Assembly: GCA_027319565.1 (NCBI GenBank)
Contig: DAHVNA010000003.1
Span: 29,042-93,041 of the forward strand
Reading direction: 5' to 3'
DNA: 64,000 nt
Origin: Elusimicrobiota bacterium
Lineage (GTDB): Bacteria > Elusimicrobiota > Elusimicrobia > UBA1565 > UBA9628
Position numbers and translations under genes: made by a program
Notes under the pieces: model-generated
The model's database searches: none
What the model was told of the DNA's origin: nothing
The model's input: the letters and a program-made list of their open reading frames with translations, nothing else
Part shown: piece by piece, positions 19,923 to 31,729 of the stretch
How positions within the stretch are numbered: position 1 is the first letter of the stretch
Layout: the number at the start of each line of letters is the position of its first letter

Positions 19923-20425
19923 TGTTTTTCTCCTTGACATGATTTAAATCTTCCCACTTTTTGTTTTTTATCGGCGCAAGAGCGGCAAAGGCCGGAAACT
20001 CGAACCTCATATTCTTCCGCCACAAAGCCTCCTGATAATAAGGAAGGCAAAGGTAATGCATCCCAGCGCGAGTCTCTCCAGTCCTCCATCGATCCGCAAA
20101 CACGGCAAACCAAATGCTGATGGGGCTCCATATTCGCGTCTAAACGTAAAGGCCCGTTCTCGGAGGCGACACGGCGAATAAGTCCCAAATCGATTAAATC
20201 CTCAGCAATGCGGTAAACCGTCGGAAGGGGCAGGGACGGCCAATTTTTTTTGAGCCTAAGGTAAATCTCTTCGACTGTCGGATGAGCGGGATCCGCGGCC
20301 AAGGCCTCAAAAACAGCTCTTCGCTGGGCCGTCAGGCGAATTTTTCTTGAGCGACAAGTCTCTTCAAACCGGTTCAGCCACTGATTGACAAGATGCAAAG
20401 GCCTTAATTTGGAAATTAAACTCAT
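19919..20425 (-). CDS. Fur/PerR family transcriptional regulator
   Basis: RLTAQR, HPTVEEIY, PTVYR, HQHLVCRVCG, GLCRSC. Confidence 0.93.
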   Translation of the reverse strand: MSLISKLRPLHLVNQWLNRFEETCRSRKIRLTAQRRAVFEALAADPAHPTVEEIYLRLKKNWPSLPLPTVYRIAEDLIDLGLIRRVASENGPLRLDANMEPHQHLVCRVCGSMEDWRDSRWDALPLPSLLSGGFVAEEYEVRVSGLCRSCADKKQKVGRFKSCQGEKQ

Positions 20426-20432
20426 ATGATAA

Positions 20433-20461
20433 ATATTAACATATGATATTAATTCTGTCAA
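20433..20461 (-). promoter_or_regulatory. Sigma-70 promoter of the perR-dps-ccp operon with AT-rich putative Fur/Per operator
   Basis: TTGACA-17nt-TAATAT, 7 nt upstream of ATG 20425; spacer is almost all A/T. Confidence 0.75.
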
Positions 20462-20518
20462 GTACCCAAAAACTCTTTGCGCCCAAAGCCTTGAGAACTT
20501 GCCGCGCGGTTTAATTTC

Positions 20519-23197
20519 CTATTTCGGGGCCGGCCCCTCCACGACTTCAACCATATCCTCAGGGCGAAGCCACTGCGAAAAAGCCCGGCTCACATCTTTG
20601 GCTTTTAAATGGACATAAATCTTCGCCGCGCGCTCAGGTTCATCGAGAGAAAGACCGAAACTGGACAAATAAAGCCAGCGCGAAGCCACTGCTCCAAAGC
20701 TGGCTTCTTTTAAAGGAATCGAGCGCAAAAGCAAAATTTTACCTTGTCTCAATTCTTGAGCGGAAACCTCTTTTTTTTGCATCGCGAGGATATCGTTTAA
20801 AGCCAAGGTTCTGGCCTTTGAAACTTTATCCGGGTCGGAACCGTAGACGATTTGATACCTTGACCGCGTGCGTCCCGCGTCCCATTCAGACCAGACTGAA
20901 TAAGCCAAACCCGTCTTCTTGCGCAAGTCCAAACTCAGCCTTGAAGCGTAAAAGGCTCCGCCCAAAATTTTATTGCCTAAATTAAGAGCGTAGTAATCGG
21001 GAGACAAGCGCGTCATCCCCACCGTCTGAGCCAAAATGACCTGATCCTGAAGCCGGCTTGAATCGGGGACATTGATTTTCGAGAAGTGATTGAGCGGCAC
21101 TGTTGGATAGTCGATATTGGGTTTTGGCCCAACGGCTTTCCAAGACCCGAAATAGCGCTCAATGACCGTTTTGGCCTCTTCGGGATCCACTTGCCCAATA
21201 ACGACGATGGTGGCCATATCCGGTCGAAAAACCTTATGATAATATTGTTTGACGTCGTTGAGGCTTAAAGCCTTAACCGTCTTCGGAGTCGCCTGGCGCA
21301 AAATCGGATCGGTTTTGGGATAAAGCGCCTTGTCCACCCCCCGCCAAGTCAGATGATCGGGGCTTTGAAGTTCGCCGACCAATTCGTCAGCCACCTCTCC
21401 GCGGATGATTTTGAAATCATGCTTGGGAAGAGCCGGGGACAATTCATTTTCAGCCAACAATTTGACTCCCTCTTCAAAATGACTCGACAAGACATTGAGA
21501 AAAAAGCGGGTTCCCGCGTTTTCATCGGCCGCAATATCATCGAGAGCTTTTTGAAACGCGATTCGATTCAGATTTTTACTTCCGTAAGGAAAGAGCTCTC
21601 CCAAGACCCGCTCCACTCCTTCTTTTCCGGGCACAGCCTCGGTATCGGGATTGGATAAAATCTGTCCGGAAACCGAAACCGTGGGGCTAATCGCCTCGGG
21701 TTCCACAATTAAATGGATTCCGTTGGGCAAAACACTGACAATGGGATGAAGGGTTAAAGGCGGAATTTTTAGGCTCTCGACCGCCTTTCGCGCCCACAAG
21801 GGGAGCGGCACGGCTTTGACCGAAGAAGAGGCAAAAGATTCCTGGCCTCCAAAACCCTTGCCTGAAATCGGCTTACCCGAAGGCTGCGGAGTCAAAATCG
21901 TGGAAGCGGAATGGTCAAAATCAATATATTTTTTCGCGACGCGCGCGACATCTTCAGGGGTGACTTTCTTGATCGCCTCGATATCCTCATCGGGAGACTG
22001 TCGCCCCTCGCCTGCCACCGCCTGCGACCATTCCATCGCCAGTCCCTCAATCGAATTTTTTTGAAATTCAGCCGAAGCCACTTCCCGCCGCTTAGCCGCG
22101 GCAATAAAATCGGGATCAATTCCCTTTGACAACTCTTTTTTCAATACCGCATTGATCTTCTTGAGCAACTTCTTGGAGTTCGCTCCTTTGGGAAATCCCG
22201 CAATCGCAAAGCCCATTCCCGCCTTGGGAAGGCCTTCGTAATAAAACCCCGCAAAAAGCGCATCTCCCTTGACCTGAAGTTCATAGAGAGGCCCCCGCGG
22301 GTTCGACAACGCATCTGAAAGGATCTGAGCCGCGGCATAATCAGGGCTATCGCTACCCGGAAGACGAAAAACCACGGCCACCATGCCGTAAGAGCTGTCG
22401 GTATCCATATTCTTAAGCGAAGGTTTGACGGGGCTAAAATTGAAATCCGGCCGCTTCGGCATTTGAACCTGAGAAATCTTCCCGAAAAGCCGGCGCACCG
22501 TTTTTAAAGTTTTGGAGGGATTCACATCTCCGGTGATGACCAAAACAGCGTTATTGGGACCGTACCAATCATTGTGAAACTTCCGAAGCATGTCCGCGCT
22601 CGTCTTATCGAAGGAAGGGCGGGTTCCCAAGGCGTCATGTTCATATGGGGTCCCTTTAAAAAGAGTTTTGAGAAGTTTCATGTAAAAAACGTAGTTCGGA
22701 TCCGAGAGATCCCGTGAGACTTCCTGCTCGATAGCGCCGCGCTCTTTATCCCAGGAAGATTTTTTGGCTGAAATCGCCCGCATTCGAAGGGCCTCGATAT
22801 GCAAAACCGTATCCAAATATTGAGAAGGAACCGTGTAAAAATACTGCGTCAGATTTTGCTGGGTATCGGCGTTAAGGCGTCCCCCCACATCCGCGCCAAT
22901 TTCGGCCAATTGATCCGCTGAAACTCCGGGGCTTCCGCGAAACATCATATGCTCGGTTGCGTGCGCCGTCCCAGGAAAGCCCGCGGGCGCTTCATCGGAT
23001 CCAACCTCATAGTTGACAACGCTGGTCGCCACCGGCGCGAGCGGATCGTAGACGACAATGACTCTCAACCCGTTTTTTAAAGTCTCCCGAAAAACCTGCC
23101 CGGCTGAAATTTGCGTTTTCTCTGCCCGGGAAATAAGAGGAAGCAACAAGAAACCGACCATTAAAAACGCCCGCCGCCATTGATTTTTATTTTTCAC
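20519..23197 (-). CDS. M16 family (pitrilysin/PqqL-like) zinc protease, exported
   Basis: Signal peptide; inverted zinc motif HATEH; duplicated halves (LKNGLRV, LPNGIHL). Confidence 0.93.
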   Translation of the reverse strand: MKNKNQWRRAFLMVGFLLLPLISRAEKTQISAGQVFRETLKNGLRVIVVYDPLAPVATSVVNYEVGSDEAPAGFPGTAHATEHMMFRGSPGVSADQLAEIGADVGGRLNADTQQNLTQYFYTVPSQYLDTVLHIEALRMRAISAKKSSWDKERGAIEQEVSRDLSDPNYVFYMKLLKTLFKGTPYEHDALGTRPSFDKTSADMLRKFHNDWYGPNNAVLVITGDVNPSKTLKTVRRLFGKISQVQMPKRPDFNFSPVKPSLKNMDTDSSYGMVAVVFRLPGSDSPDYAAAQILSDALSNPRGPLYELQVKGDALFAGFYYEGLPKAGMGFAIAGFPKGANSKKLLKKINAVLKKELSKGIDPDFIAAAKRREVASAEFQKNSIEGLAMEWSQAVAGEGRQSPDEDIEAIKKVTPEDVARVAKKYIDFDHSASTILTPQPSGKPISGKGFGGQESFASSSVKAVPLPLWARKAVESLKIPPLTLHPIVSVLPNGIHLIVEPEAISPTVSVSGQILSNPDTEAVPGKEGVERVLGELFPYGSKNLNRIAFQKALDDIAADENAGTRFFLNVLSSHFEEGVKLLAENELSPALPKHDFKIIRGEVADELVGELQSPDHLTWRGVDKALYPKTDPILRQATPKTVKALSLNDVKQYYHKVFRPDMATIVVIGQVDPEEAKTVIERYFGSWKAVGPKPNIDYPTVPLNHFSKINVPDSSRLQDQVILAQTVGMTRLSPDYYALNLGNKILGGAFYASRLSLDLRKKTGLAYSVWSEWDAGRTRSRYQIVYGSDPDKVSKARTLALNDILAMQKKEVSAQELRQGKILLLRSIPLKEASFGAVASRWLYLSSFGLSLDEPERAAKIYVHLKAKDVSRAFSQWLRPEDMVEVVEGPAPK

Positions 23198-23215
23198 TTT
23201 TATCTCCTTTGATCT

Positions 23216-24289
23216 TCATCCAGCCGCGGCCCTGGGAGCCTTGGGGCGATTGGAATGTTTAAAGCTTAATTCCCGGCCTTCTTTAAGAGCTTTAAACCAC
23301 TCGGAAATCTCCTCTGTCTTAGAGTCTATAATCTCTTTCGCCCTTGAGATTTCCGCCGAGCGCCCCTCCAAATTCTTGGCGACGATATGCTCTAAATCCT
23401 CAAGGCGATAAAGATAGACATGCTCAAGATGATGAATCTCTTCTTCAATATCTCTCGGCATGGCGATATCCACCATGAAAAGTGAGCGCCCGCGCCTGTT
23501 TTTAAGCGAACTCTCGACCATCTCCTTGGTAATCACCAACTCCGGAGAACCCGTCGAGGAAAGGACGATATCGACTTCCCGCAAAGCCTCCTGCCGTTTT
23601 TCCCAAGGCCAAACAACTGCTTTAAAATTTCGAGCCAAGGCTTCTGCGCGCTCGCGAGTGCGATTTGAAATTAAAATTTTAGGAGATTTTTTCGTGACCA
23701 GATGGCGAATCATTAATTCCGCCATCTGCCCCGCGCCCAAGACCAAAATAGAGCTCTCGGAAAGATTGCCAAAGATGCTTTGCGCCAGCTCCACCGCGAC
23801 CGAAGCGACCGAAGTCTGCCCGACCGAAATACCGGTCTCGCTCCGAACCTTTTTACCGACATAAAGCGAGCGTTGAAATAAAATGTTTCCAATTTTTCCG
23901 GTCAAGCCTTCGCTTTTAGCCCGCTCGTAGGCCTCCTTGACTTGTCCCAGAATTTCGGTTTCGCCGACCACCAGGGAATCAAGCCCGGAAGCGACTTTAA
24001 GCAAATGCGACACCGCTTCCAAGCCGCTATAGAGATAAATATCTTCCCGGCTGGGAGTTTTGCCGATTAAATCCTCAAAGAAGCTCAACAGGACCTCCGG
24101 ACCGTCTACGCCGTCGGCAAACCCGCAGGCATAAATTTCAAAGCGGTTGCAGGTCGATAAAAAAACCGCGTCCGTAATCGGACTCGATTTTATTTTTTTT
24201 GCGATATCCGAAAAAGAAAGAAGCGCGAATTTTTCGCGCAACGCCAATTCCGCGCTTTTATGGCTAAGCCCGGCGACAACAATCTGCAT
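23216..24289 (-). CDS. hemA: Glutamyl-tRNA reductase (short C-terminus)
   Basis: GLSHK, STCNRFE, SGLDSLVVGETEILGQVK, GAGQMA, DIAMPRDI. Confidence 0.95.
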   Translation of the reverse strand: MQIVVAGLSHKSAELALREKFALLSFSDIAKKIKSSPITDAVFLSTCNRFEIYACGFADGVDGPEVLLSFFEDLIGKTPSREDIYLYSGLEAVSHLLKVASGLDSLVVGETEILGQVKEAYERAKSEGLTGKIGNILFQRSLYVGKKVRSETGISVGQTSVASVAVELAQSIFGNLSESSILVLGAGQMAELMIRHLVTKKSPKILISNRTRERAEALARNFKAVVWPWEKRQEALREVDIVLSSTGSPELVITKEMVESSLKNRRGRSLFMVDIAMPRDIEEEIHHLEHVYLYRLEDLEHIVAKNLEGRSAEISRAKEIIDSKTEEISEWFKALKEGRELSFKHSNRPKAPRAAAG

Positions 24290-24300
24290 AAACCCTTTGA

Positions 24301-25152
24301 TTATCCCTTGGAAAGATATCCGTGAAGCCCGCTTAAAAAATTAACGCCAGCAAAGGTAAAGACGACACAGGCAAAGCCAAACATCGACACATAGATGGCT
24401 TTCTTGCCGCGCAGCCCCATCATGTAGCGCATATGCAGGTAGCCAGCGTAAACCAAAGCCGTAATCAAAGCCCAGGTTTCCTTGGGATCCCATCCCCAAA
24501 ATCGGCCCCAAGCGTTTTCTGCCCACACGCCTCCCATGATGATGCCCACCGTCAGAATAGGAAAAGCCGCCGCGATAATACGGTAGTTGAGATTATCCAA
24601 CTCCTCGATAGAAGGAAGGCGATAACAAAGAGCGATGGGTTTTCGCGATTTAATCTGATGTTCCTGAACCAAAAGGGCAAGCCCGACGCCGAAAGCGTTG
24701 CCGAAAGCGGCATAAGAAGTCATCAAGACCAGAGGATGAATATTAATCCAATAACTCTGAAGCGCGGGGACCAAACCGGAAATTTCAGGAGAAGCGAACA
24801 AGACGGCAATCCCAAGGCTTAACGAAGCCCACGGCAAGACAAACGCGCCCAAGATTCCCAGATGATGACGGCTTTCAATCAAGAAAAAGATGACGCAAAC
24901 AGCCAAGGCCAAGTAGGATAAAGCCCCGAAAAAGGTATTGATCGGAAGAAAATAGCGATTTTCCGGAATATGCCAGAAAGAATGAATGCGAAATCCAAAA
25001 CTCGCTAGATGAAAAACGATTCCAAGGCCCAATAAATTCAACATCCAGCGGCTCCAGCGCTCATCTTTGTAGGCCAAATAGATGAAGGATAAAATGGTAG
25101 CCCCCCCATAAGCGGCTAAGGCGATTTCAATCAATATAAGCTCAGGGTTCAT
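24301..25152 (-). CDS. ccsA: Cytochrome c biogenesis System II heme ligase CcsA/ResC
   Basis: WWD motif WAENAWGRFWGWDPKETW, terminal GLHGY. Confidence 0.95.
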   Translation of the reverse strand: MNPELILIEIALAAYGGATILSFIYLAYKDERWSRWMLNLLGLGIVFHLASFGFRIHSFWHIPENRYFLPINTFFGALSYLALAVCVIFFLIESRHHLGILGAFVLPWASLSLGIAVLFASPEISGLVPALQSYWINIHPLVLMTSYAAFGNAFGVGLALLVQEHQIKSRKPIALCYRLPSIEELDNLNYRIIAAAFPILTVGIIMGGVWAENAWGRFWGWDPKETWALITALVYAGYLHMRYMMGLRGKKAIYVSMFGFACVVFTFAGVNFLSGLHGYLSKG

Positions 25153-26555
25153 CTTGGAACCTCCATTGTATTTAAATGAGATTTCATTTCTCCCATTAGA
25201 CGATTAAATTCGCTTTCAAACTCCCGGCCTCCTCTGGAACTCCAAGCGCCGATTGAAAATTGAGTTTCGCCTTCTCCTTTTGGCTCAAGAAGAACCCAAA
25301 ACCTCCGGCGATGAAGATAGAAAAGCAAAATAAGTCCTAGAACCCACAACAGCGCCCCCCCCATGACCCAGGGGTATCCCGGATCATAGGCCACTTGGAT
25401 TCCGGAAAATAAAATCGGATCGACAGAGGCCAACGAAAAAGGCGGCGCTTCCGCGTGCTGAAGAGTTCCGTCTGGATTTTCTTTAAGACAAACGTGCGGG
25501 TAAAGAACAAAAAGCCACAAAGGCGGGGTCGGCTTTCCCGCGACGCTAAACAAAAATCGCACCGCCGGATTCTTGAGATCCAGAGAAGCGGTATCAGGAC
25601 GCCCGTTGGAGACGGTAAAATCCGGCATCAAGATATCGGCGGTCACCGAAAACGGGGTACCCGGAACTTTTTTAGGAACGCGCTGATCCAAAGTCAAGAA
25701 GGTTCCGCCCAGATCCAAGGTCGCGGTCTTAAACATTCCCGCCGCTCCCCAGGAAGCCTGATAAAAACGCACCCCGTGGATATCGAGAGGATGATTGACC
25801 AAAATCGTTTTTTGTCCAATGAGTTTATCTCCGGCTTTGACGCGCAAGGCCGAGGAAAACAAACTCGGTTGAAAAGTCCCCTTGTAAAAATGGACGGTGA
25901 ATTTATCCACGGAAAGAGTCCACGGGCGGTTTTTCATCGCGGCCGTTTCTCCCTCCATGACCGGCACCAGCTCGACAAAGCCATGTAAAGCCTTGATCAG
26001 CGCCCCCAGCAAAATAATGACTAGCGCGATATGGGCGACATATGAACCCCAGCGTTGAAGACGATGTTTCGTCGCCAAAAAAGCCGCGCCGGAAGGACTA
26101 TGGAACTCATCATGAACCGCATAACCTTGGCCCCTGAAAAATGAGCTCGCTTTTCCAAAAGCCTCGTCAAAGCCGAGAGAAGAATCCATGGAAAATTGAA
26201 AAGGCTTAAGACGCAGAGCTCTTTCTTTTTGAGACAAGTGCTTTTCGGCTTCTTCTTCGTCGGTATTTTCCGGAGGAAGGGCGGTCGCGCCGATATCGGG
26301 AGGTTTATTCCAAAGCTTGCAAACGACAATATCAAAAGCCATGAGCCCTAAAAGCCCAATAAACCACCAACTCTGATAGAGATTAAAAATCCCGAAGAGA
26401 TTTAAAATTCTAAAACCAAAGGGATGGAGAGAACGGTAAAGCTCGACTTTATCGGGAGAGACCGAAGATTGAGGGAAAAAGGTTCCAAGCGCGCTTGAAG
26501 CGGCAATCAAGGCTCCTAAAATGATGTTAAAGCGAATCGAGCGAAAAAGTTTCAT
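25149..26555 (-). CDS. resB: Cytochrome c biogenesis protein ResB/CcsB
   Basis: LGTFFPQ, LYQSWWF, YVAHIALV, VNHPL, YDPG; adjacent to ccsA. Confidence 0.9.
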   Translation of the reverse strand: MKLFRSIRFNIILGALIAASSALGTFFPQSSVSPDKVELYRSLHPFGFRILNLFGIFNLYQSWWFIGLLGLMAFDIVVCKLWNKPPDIGATALPPENTDEEEAEKHLSQKERALRLKPFQFSMDSSLGFDEAFGKASSFFRGQGYAVHDEFHSPSGAAFLATKHRLQRWGSYVAHIALVIILLGALIKALHGFVELVPVMEGETAAMKNRPWTLSVDKFTVHFYKGTFQPSLFSSALRVKAGDKLIGQKTILVNHPLDIHGVRFYQASWGAAGMFKTATLDLGGTFLTLDQRVPKKVPGTPFSVTADILMPDFTVSNGRPDTASLDLKNPAVRFLFSVAGKPTPPLWLFVLYPHVCLKENPDGTLQHAEAPPFSLASVDPILFSGIQVAYDPGYPWVMGGALLWVLGLILLFYLHRRRFWVLLEPKGEGETQFSIGAWSSRGGREFESEFNRLMGEMKSHLNTMEVPR

Positions 26556-26594
26556 CTATTTCGAGCGCAAACTCAAAACCAGCCTCTGACCAAT

Positions 26595-27806
26595 TTATGA
26601 GGAAATAGCCGAAAGCCCCGGAAGAGTCTTTCCTTCCAGAAGCTCAAGGCTGGCTCCGCCGCCGGTCGAACAGTGACTCATCTGTTCCGAGAGTCCGCCC
26701 TGGCTTAAAACCGCGAGGCTGTCTCCGCCCCCGACGATAGTCACGGCGCCGTTTTTTCCGGCCTTGGCCATCGCTTCCGCGATAGCGCGGCTGCCGGATG
26801 AAAATTCCGGGATTTCAAAAACTCCCATCGGCCCGTTCCAAAAAATAGTTTTGGCTTTCTCAATTTCTTCCAGGAAAATTTCAATCGTATGCGGGCCGAT
26901 GTCGGCGCCGATCAGCTGTTCCGGAATCGCCATCCCTTGAGTGACGGAAACTTGAACGCCCGGTTTAATTTCTGAAACCGCCAAGTGATCGGCGGGGAGA
27001 AGACAGGTCACTTTTTTAGCGTAAGATTTATCAATCACCGCTTGGGCATCCGCTATTTTTTCTTTTTCGAGAAGAGATTTCCCAATTGAAATTCCCTGGG
27101 CCGCCAAAAAGGTATAGGCCATTCCGCCACCGATAAGAAGAGTATCCACGCGGTCTAAAAGCTTGTTTAAAACCCCCAATTTATCGGAAACCTTAGCCCC
27201 TCCGATAATGGCGACAAACGGCCTTGCAGGATTGCCAATCACGCGGTCTAAAAACTCAAGTTCCCTTTGAACCAGAAATCCGACGCAAGAAGGAAGTATT
27301 TTGGGAATTCCGACAGTCGACGCGTGCGCGCGGTGAATGGCGCCGAAAGCGTCTTCGACAAAAACTTCTCCCAGACTCGCCAAATCTTGAGCGAAAGCAG
27401 AATCATTTTTCTCTTCGCCCGCATGAAACCGGAGATTTTCCATCAAGAGGATCTCACCTTCTTTGAGGTTTAAAGCCGCCTTGGTGGCCTCAGGGCCCAC
27501 GCATTCCGGAAAAAAGGCGACGGGAGTCTCAAGAATTTTTTCCAGGGCCTTCGCGACGGGTTTAAGGCTGTATTTTTCTTCCGGTTTCCCCTTGGGACGG
27601 CCCAGATGGGAAATGAGAATAATTTTTGCCTTGGCTTGGATTAAGTACCTGAGCGTCGGCAGAGCCGCGCGCAGACGGCTGTCATCTGAAACCGCCCCGC
27701 TTTTAAGGGGAACGTTAAAATCCACCCGAACTAAAACCCTTTTGCCTTGGATGGGCATCTCTTGCAAGCGCTTAAGCTTTAAAGCTGGCTTTTGAGTTTC
27801 TTCCAT
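26595..27806 (-). CDS. pgk: Phosphoglycerate kinase
   Basis: RVDFNVP, SHLGRPKG, ENLRF, GGAKVSDK, STGGGASLE; GGAGG before ATG 27806. Confidence 0.98.
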   Translation of the reverse strand: MEETQKPALKLKRLQEMPIQGKRVLVRVDFNVPLKSGAVSDDSRLRAALPTLRYLIQAKAKIILISHLGRPKGKPEEKYSLKPVAKALEKILETPVAFFPECVGPEATKAALNLKEGEILLMENLRFHAGEEKNDSAFAQDLASLGEVFVEDAFGAIHRAHASTVGIPKILPSCVGFLVQRELEFLDRVIGNPARPFVAIIGGAKVSDKLGVLNKLLDRVDTLLIGGGMAYTFLAAQGISIGKSLLEKEKIADAQAVIDKSYAKKVTCLLPADHLAVSEIKPGVQVSVTQGMAIPEQLIGADIGPHTIEIFLEEIEKAKTIFWNGPMGVFEIPEFSSGSRAIAEAMAKAGKNGAVTIVGGGDSLAVLSQGGLSEQMSHCSTGGGASLELLEGKTLPGLSAISS

Positions 27807-27828
27807 TTCCCCTCCCAGGGACATTCTG

Positions 27829-28737
27829 TTAATAGATTTTTTTGCCCATCGCCGAACTGACGAGTTCAACCGCCAAGACCGCTGTCGAGTTTTGAATATC
27901 TTCTAACGGGTTAATCTCAACCATGTCTAGCCCAAGAAGTTTTTTGGACTCGGAAGCCATTTCCATAATCAAATGAGACTCGCGGTAGGTCAGCCCGCCT
28001 CTTTGGGTCGTGCCGGTCCCGGGAGCTTGAAGCGGGTCAACCGCGTCGATGTCAAAACTGAGGTGAAACCCGGCGGTCTCGTTATTGACAATTGACAGCG
28101 CCTGCTCCATTACCCGCGCCATCCCCATGCGGTCGATATCTTGCATGGAAAAAACCTTGACCCCCGATTCTCGTAAATTATCGGCTTCACTCTCATCGAC
28201 GGTGCGAGTTCCCACCAAACACACGTTTTTAGGATCCACCTTGGGCGAAAAGCCGCCTAAGCGGACAAAAGGCGCATGTCCCATGCCGATGAGATGCGCG
28301 ACCGGCATTCCATGAATATTGCCGGAAGGAGAAGTTTTAGGCGTATTGATGTCCGCGTGAGCATCTACCCACAAAAGGCCGATCAAAGAACCTTTCTTGC
28401 GATAAGCCCCGGAAACTCCCGACACCGTTCCCATCGCCAAACTATGATCTCCCCCCAAGGTCAAAGGCAAATGTCCGCCACGCGCGATTTTGCGAACCTG
28501 CTTTTCCAAATCGCGGCAGACTTTGAGTATTGCCGGCGCATTTTTGAGCTTCCTGTTTTTATAAGGAGACGGTTCTGGAACGGAAACATCTCCAATATCT
28601 TCAACCGAAAGCCCGATTTTCTCAAGAGACGAAATCAACCCCGCGCGGCGAATGGCCGAAGGCCCCCCGGATGCGCCCTCTTTGCTGGCGCCCAAATCGA
28701 TAGGGGCCCCTAAAACGACGACTCTCCGCTTATTCAT
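27829..28737 (-). CDS. rocF: Arginase
   Basis: GGDHS, DAHADINTP.TSPSGNIHGMP, SFDIDAVDP, VEINP. Confidence 0.95.
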   Translation of the reverse strand: MNKRRVVVLGAPIDLGASKEGASGGPSAIRRAGLISSLEKIGLSVEDIGDVSVPEPSPYKNRKLKNAPAILKVCRDLEKQVRKIARGGHLPLTLGGDHSLAMGTVSGVSGAYRKKGSLIGLLWVDAHADINTPKTSPSGNIHGMPVAHLIGMGHAPFVRLGGFSPKVDPKNVCLVGTRTVDESEADNLRESGVKVFSMQDIDRMGMARVMEQALSIVNNETAGFHLSFDIDAVDPLQAPGTGTTQRGGLTYRESHLIMEMASESKKLLGLDMVEINPLEDIQNSTAVLAVELVSSAMGKKIY

Positions 28738-28747
28738 GAGGAAATAA

Positions 28748-29818
<1,071 letters not shown>

Positions 29819-29869
29819 CTATCCTACCGCTTTAAAAGGCGATTTTCCAGTTTTGCTATGATAATTTCT

Positions 29870-30625
29870 ATGGAATATCCAAAGGTTCGCTGGGGCGCCT
29901 TGAGCCTATTGTCCTTATGGCTTAGCGGCTGTGCCTCCTATTACACCCCCAAATCTCTTTATCTGGAAGACCCCTCGCTTTTACCAATCCACGTGACAGT
30001 CCCCAATACCCAGGTTTCTGTCGGCATCGTCTTTCTCGATTCTCCCAAACTGGTCCATTTCTTTTTCACCCGGGAAGGTCTGATCAGACAAGACATTCTA
30101 CCGGTCTTAATCTCGATCTACTCTAAGGATAAACAGATTTATTCGGCCCGACCACGCTCTTTCTATTTTGAAGAAGACGGACGCGTTTATAAGCCCATCT
30201 CTCCGGAAGAAGTCTTTGATGTTGCATGGCAAAGCAAACACCCTTATATCGTCGTCAAAAAGACTCTCTACTATACGGCTCTAACCGTCTTTACCATCGT
30301 AACCCTGGGCCTGGGATCGATGATCTGGGTTTTACCCACGCCCTTTAAGCAACCCACGCCAGCAGACGATCCCTTTGGAAGAGATCTCGCTTATAAATCA
30401 TTCCCCAAAAAAGCGCTCATTCAACCTGACACAATGACCGGGGGAATGATCTTTTTCCATATGACCGATAAGATGAAAGATCCGGCTCACGCCGCATTTG
30501 TCATCCATTTATCCCAGGAAAATTCGTCTTTTAGCGTTCACTCGACATCGGTGACAATCAAGACCTCGGACCAGGAAGATTCTCAAAACGCCATTGACGT
30601 TCTCAAAAATCTCTTTAACTATTGA
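29870..30625 (+). CDS. Hypothetical lipoprotein with an internal hydrophobic segment
   Basis: Lipobox LSGC; ATG 29870 lies 7 nt after TGcTATGAT. Confidence 0.7.
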   Translation: MEYPKVRWGALSLLSLWLSGCASYYTPKSLYLEDPSLLPIHVTVPNTQVSVGIVFLDSPKLVHFFFTREGLIRQDILPVLISIYSKDKQIYSARPRSFYFEEDGRVYKPISPEEVFDVAWQSKHPYIVVKKTLYYTALTVFTIVTLGLGSMIWVLPTPFKQPTPADDPFGRDLAYKSFPKKALIQPDTMTGGMIFFHMTDKMKDPAHAAFVIHLSQENSSFSVHSTSVTIKTSDQEDSQNAIDVLKNLFNY

Positions 30626-31713
30626 TGAAGTGGACCATCGCCGTTATTATAGGCCTATCCGTCATCGGCACGGCGATTTTTTTAGCGCGTTCTCAGGAGA
30701 ATAACAATATGGATTCCTATCACAAACCGTCGGATTCGGAACTAAAGAAAAAACTAACATCGCTGGAATACGCGGTGACGCAAAAATGCGAAACAGAACC
30801 GCCGTTTCATAACCGATATTGGGATAATCACGCTCCCGGCATTTATGTGGATATTGTCTCCGGAGCTCCGCTATTTTCTTCCCTGGATAAATACGATTCC
30901 GGAACGGGCTGGCCTAGCTTCACTAAGCCACTAGAGCCTAAAAATATCATTGAAAAAACGGACACCACCCTTGGGATGACTCGCACGGAAGTTCTCTCTC
31001 AAGAAGCCCATTCTCATCTAGGACATGTCTTTCCGGACGGGCCGGGCCCCTCTGGGTTACGTTACTGCCTCAATTCCGCCTCTCTGCGTTTTATTCCGCT
31101 CGCGGACATGGAAAAAGAAGGATATGGGAAATATCTGCCGGCTTTTGAAAAAGCGGGGCTTTGGCCGATTAAACCCGCTTCAAAAAAGGAATCTCTTGAA
31201 ACCGTCGATCTTGCCGGAGGATGCTTTTGGGGCATGCAAGAAATTCTGCGAAAAATCCCCGGAGTGGTTAAAACCGAGGTCGGCTATGAAGGCGGGCATA
31301 CTCCCAATGCCACTTATGAAGAAGTCCACACTGGAAAAACCGGCCATGCGGAAACGGTTCGCGTCGTTTTCGATCCCAAGCGGCTCAGCTTTTCCGAATT
31401 ATTAGGCTACTTTTTCCGAATGCACGACCCTACGACTATTAATCAGCAGGGCAATGACGTCGGAACTCAGTACCGCTCGGCTATTTTCTATCACAGCGAA
31501 AAACAGCGCGAAATAGCCGAAAAAGTGAAAAAAGAGGTAGAAGATTCCCATCAATGGCCACGGCCCTTGACCACTGAAATCGCTCCCGCCGGGCCTTTTT
31601 GGCGCGCGGAAGATTACCATCAAGACTATCTCATCAAGCATCCGCATGGATACACCTGCCACTTTCTCAGAGTGCCGGTTCAAGATTACCCAAAATTTAA
31701 AAATCCCACGTAA
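30622..31713 (+). CDS. msrAB: Exported bifunctional methionine sulfoxide reductase MsrB-MsrA
   Basis: N-terminal signal/TM; MsrB GWPSF, HLGHVF, RYCLNS followed by Msr[19 protein letters not shown]. Confidence 0.95.
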   Translation: MMKWTIAVIIGLSVIGTAIFLARSQENNNMDSYHKPSDSELKKKLTSLEYAVTQKCETEPPFHNRYWDNHAPGIYVDIVSGAPLFSSLDKYDSGTGWPSFTKPLEPKNIIEKTDTTLGMTRTEVLSQEAHSHLGHVFPDGPGPSGLRYCLNSASLRFIPLADMEKEGYGKYLPAFEKAGLWPIKPASKKESLETVDLAGGCFWGMQEILRKIPGVVKTEVGYEGGHTPNATYEEVHTGKTGHAETVRVVFDPKRLSFSELLGYFFRMHDPTTINQQGNDVGTQYRSAIFYHSEKQREIAEKVKKEVEDSHQWPRPLTTEIAPAGPFWRAEDYHQDYLIKHPHGYTCHFLRVPVQDYPKFKNPT

Positions 31714-31729
31714 AACGAAGTTTTTTTAA

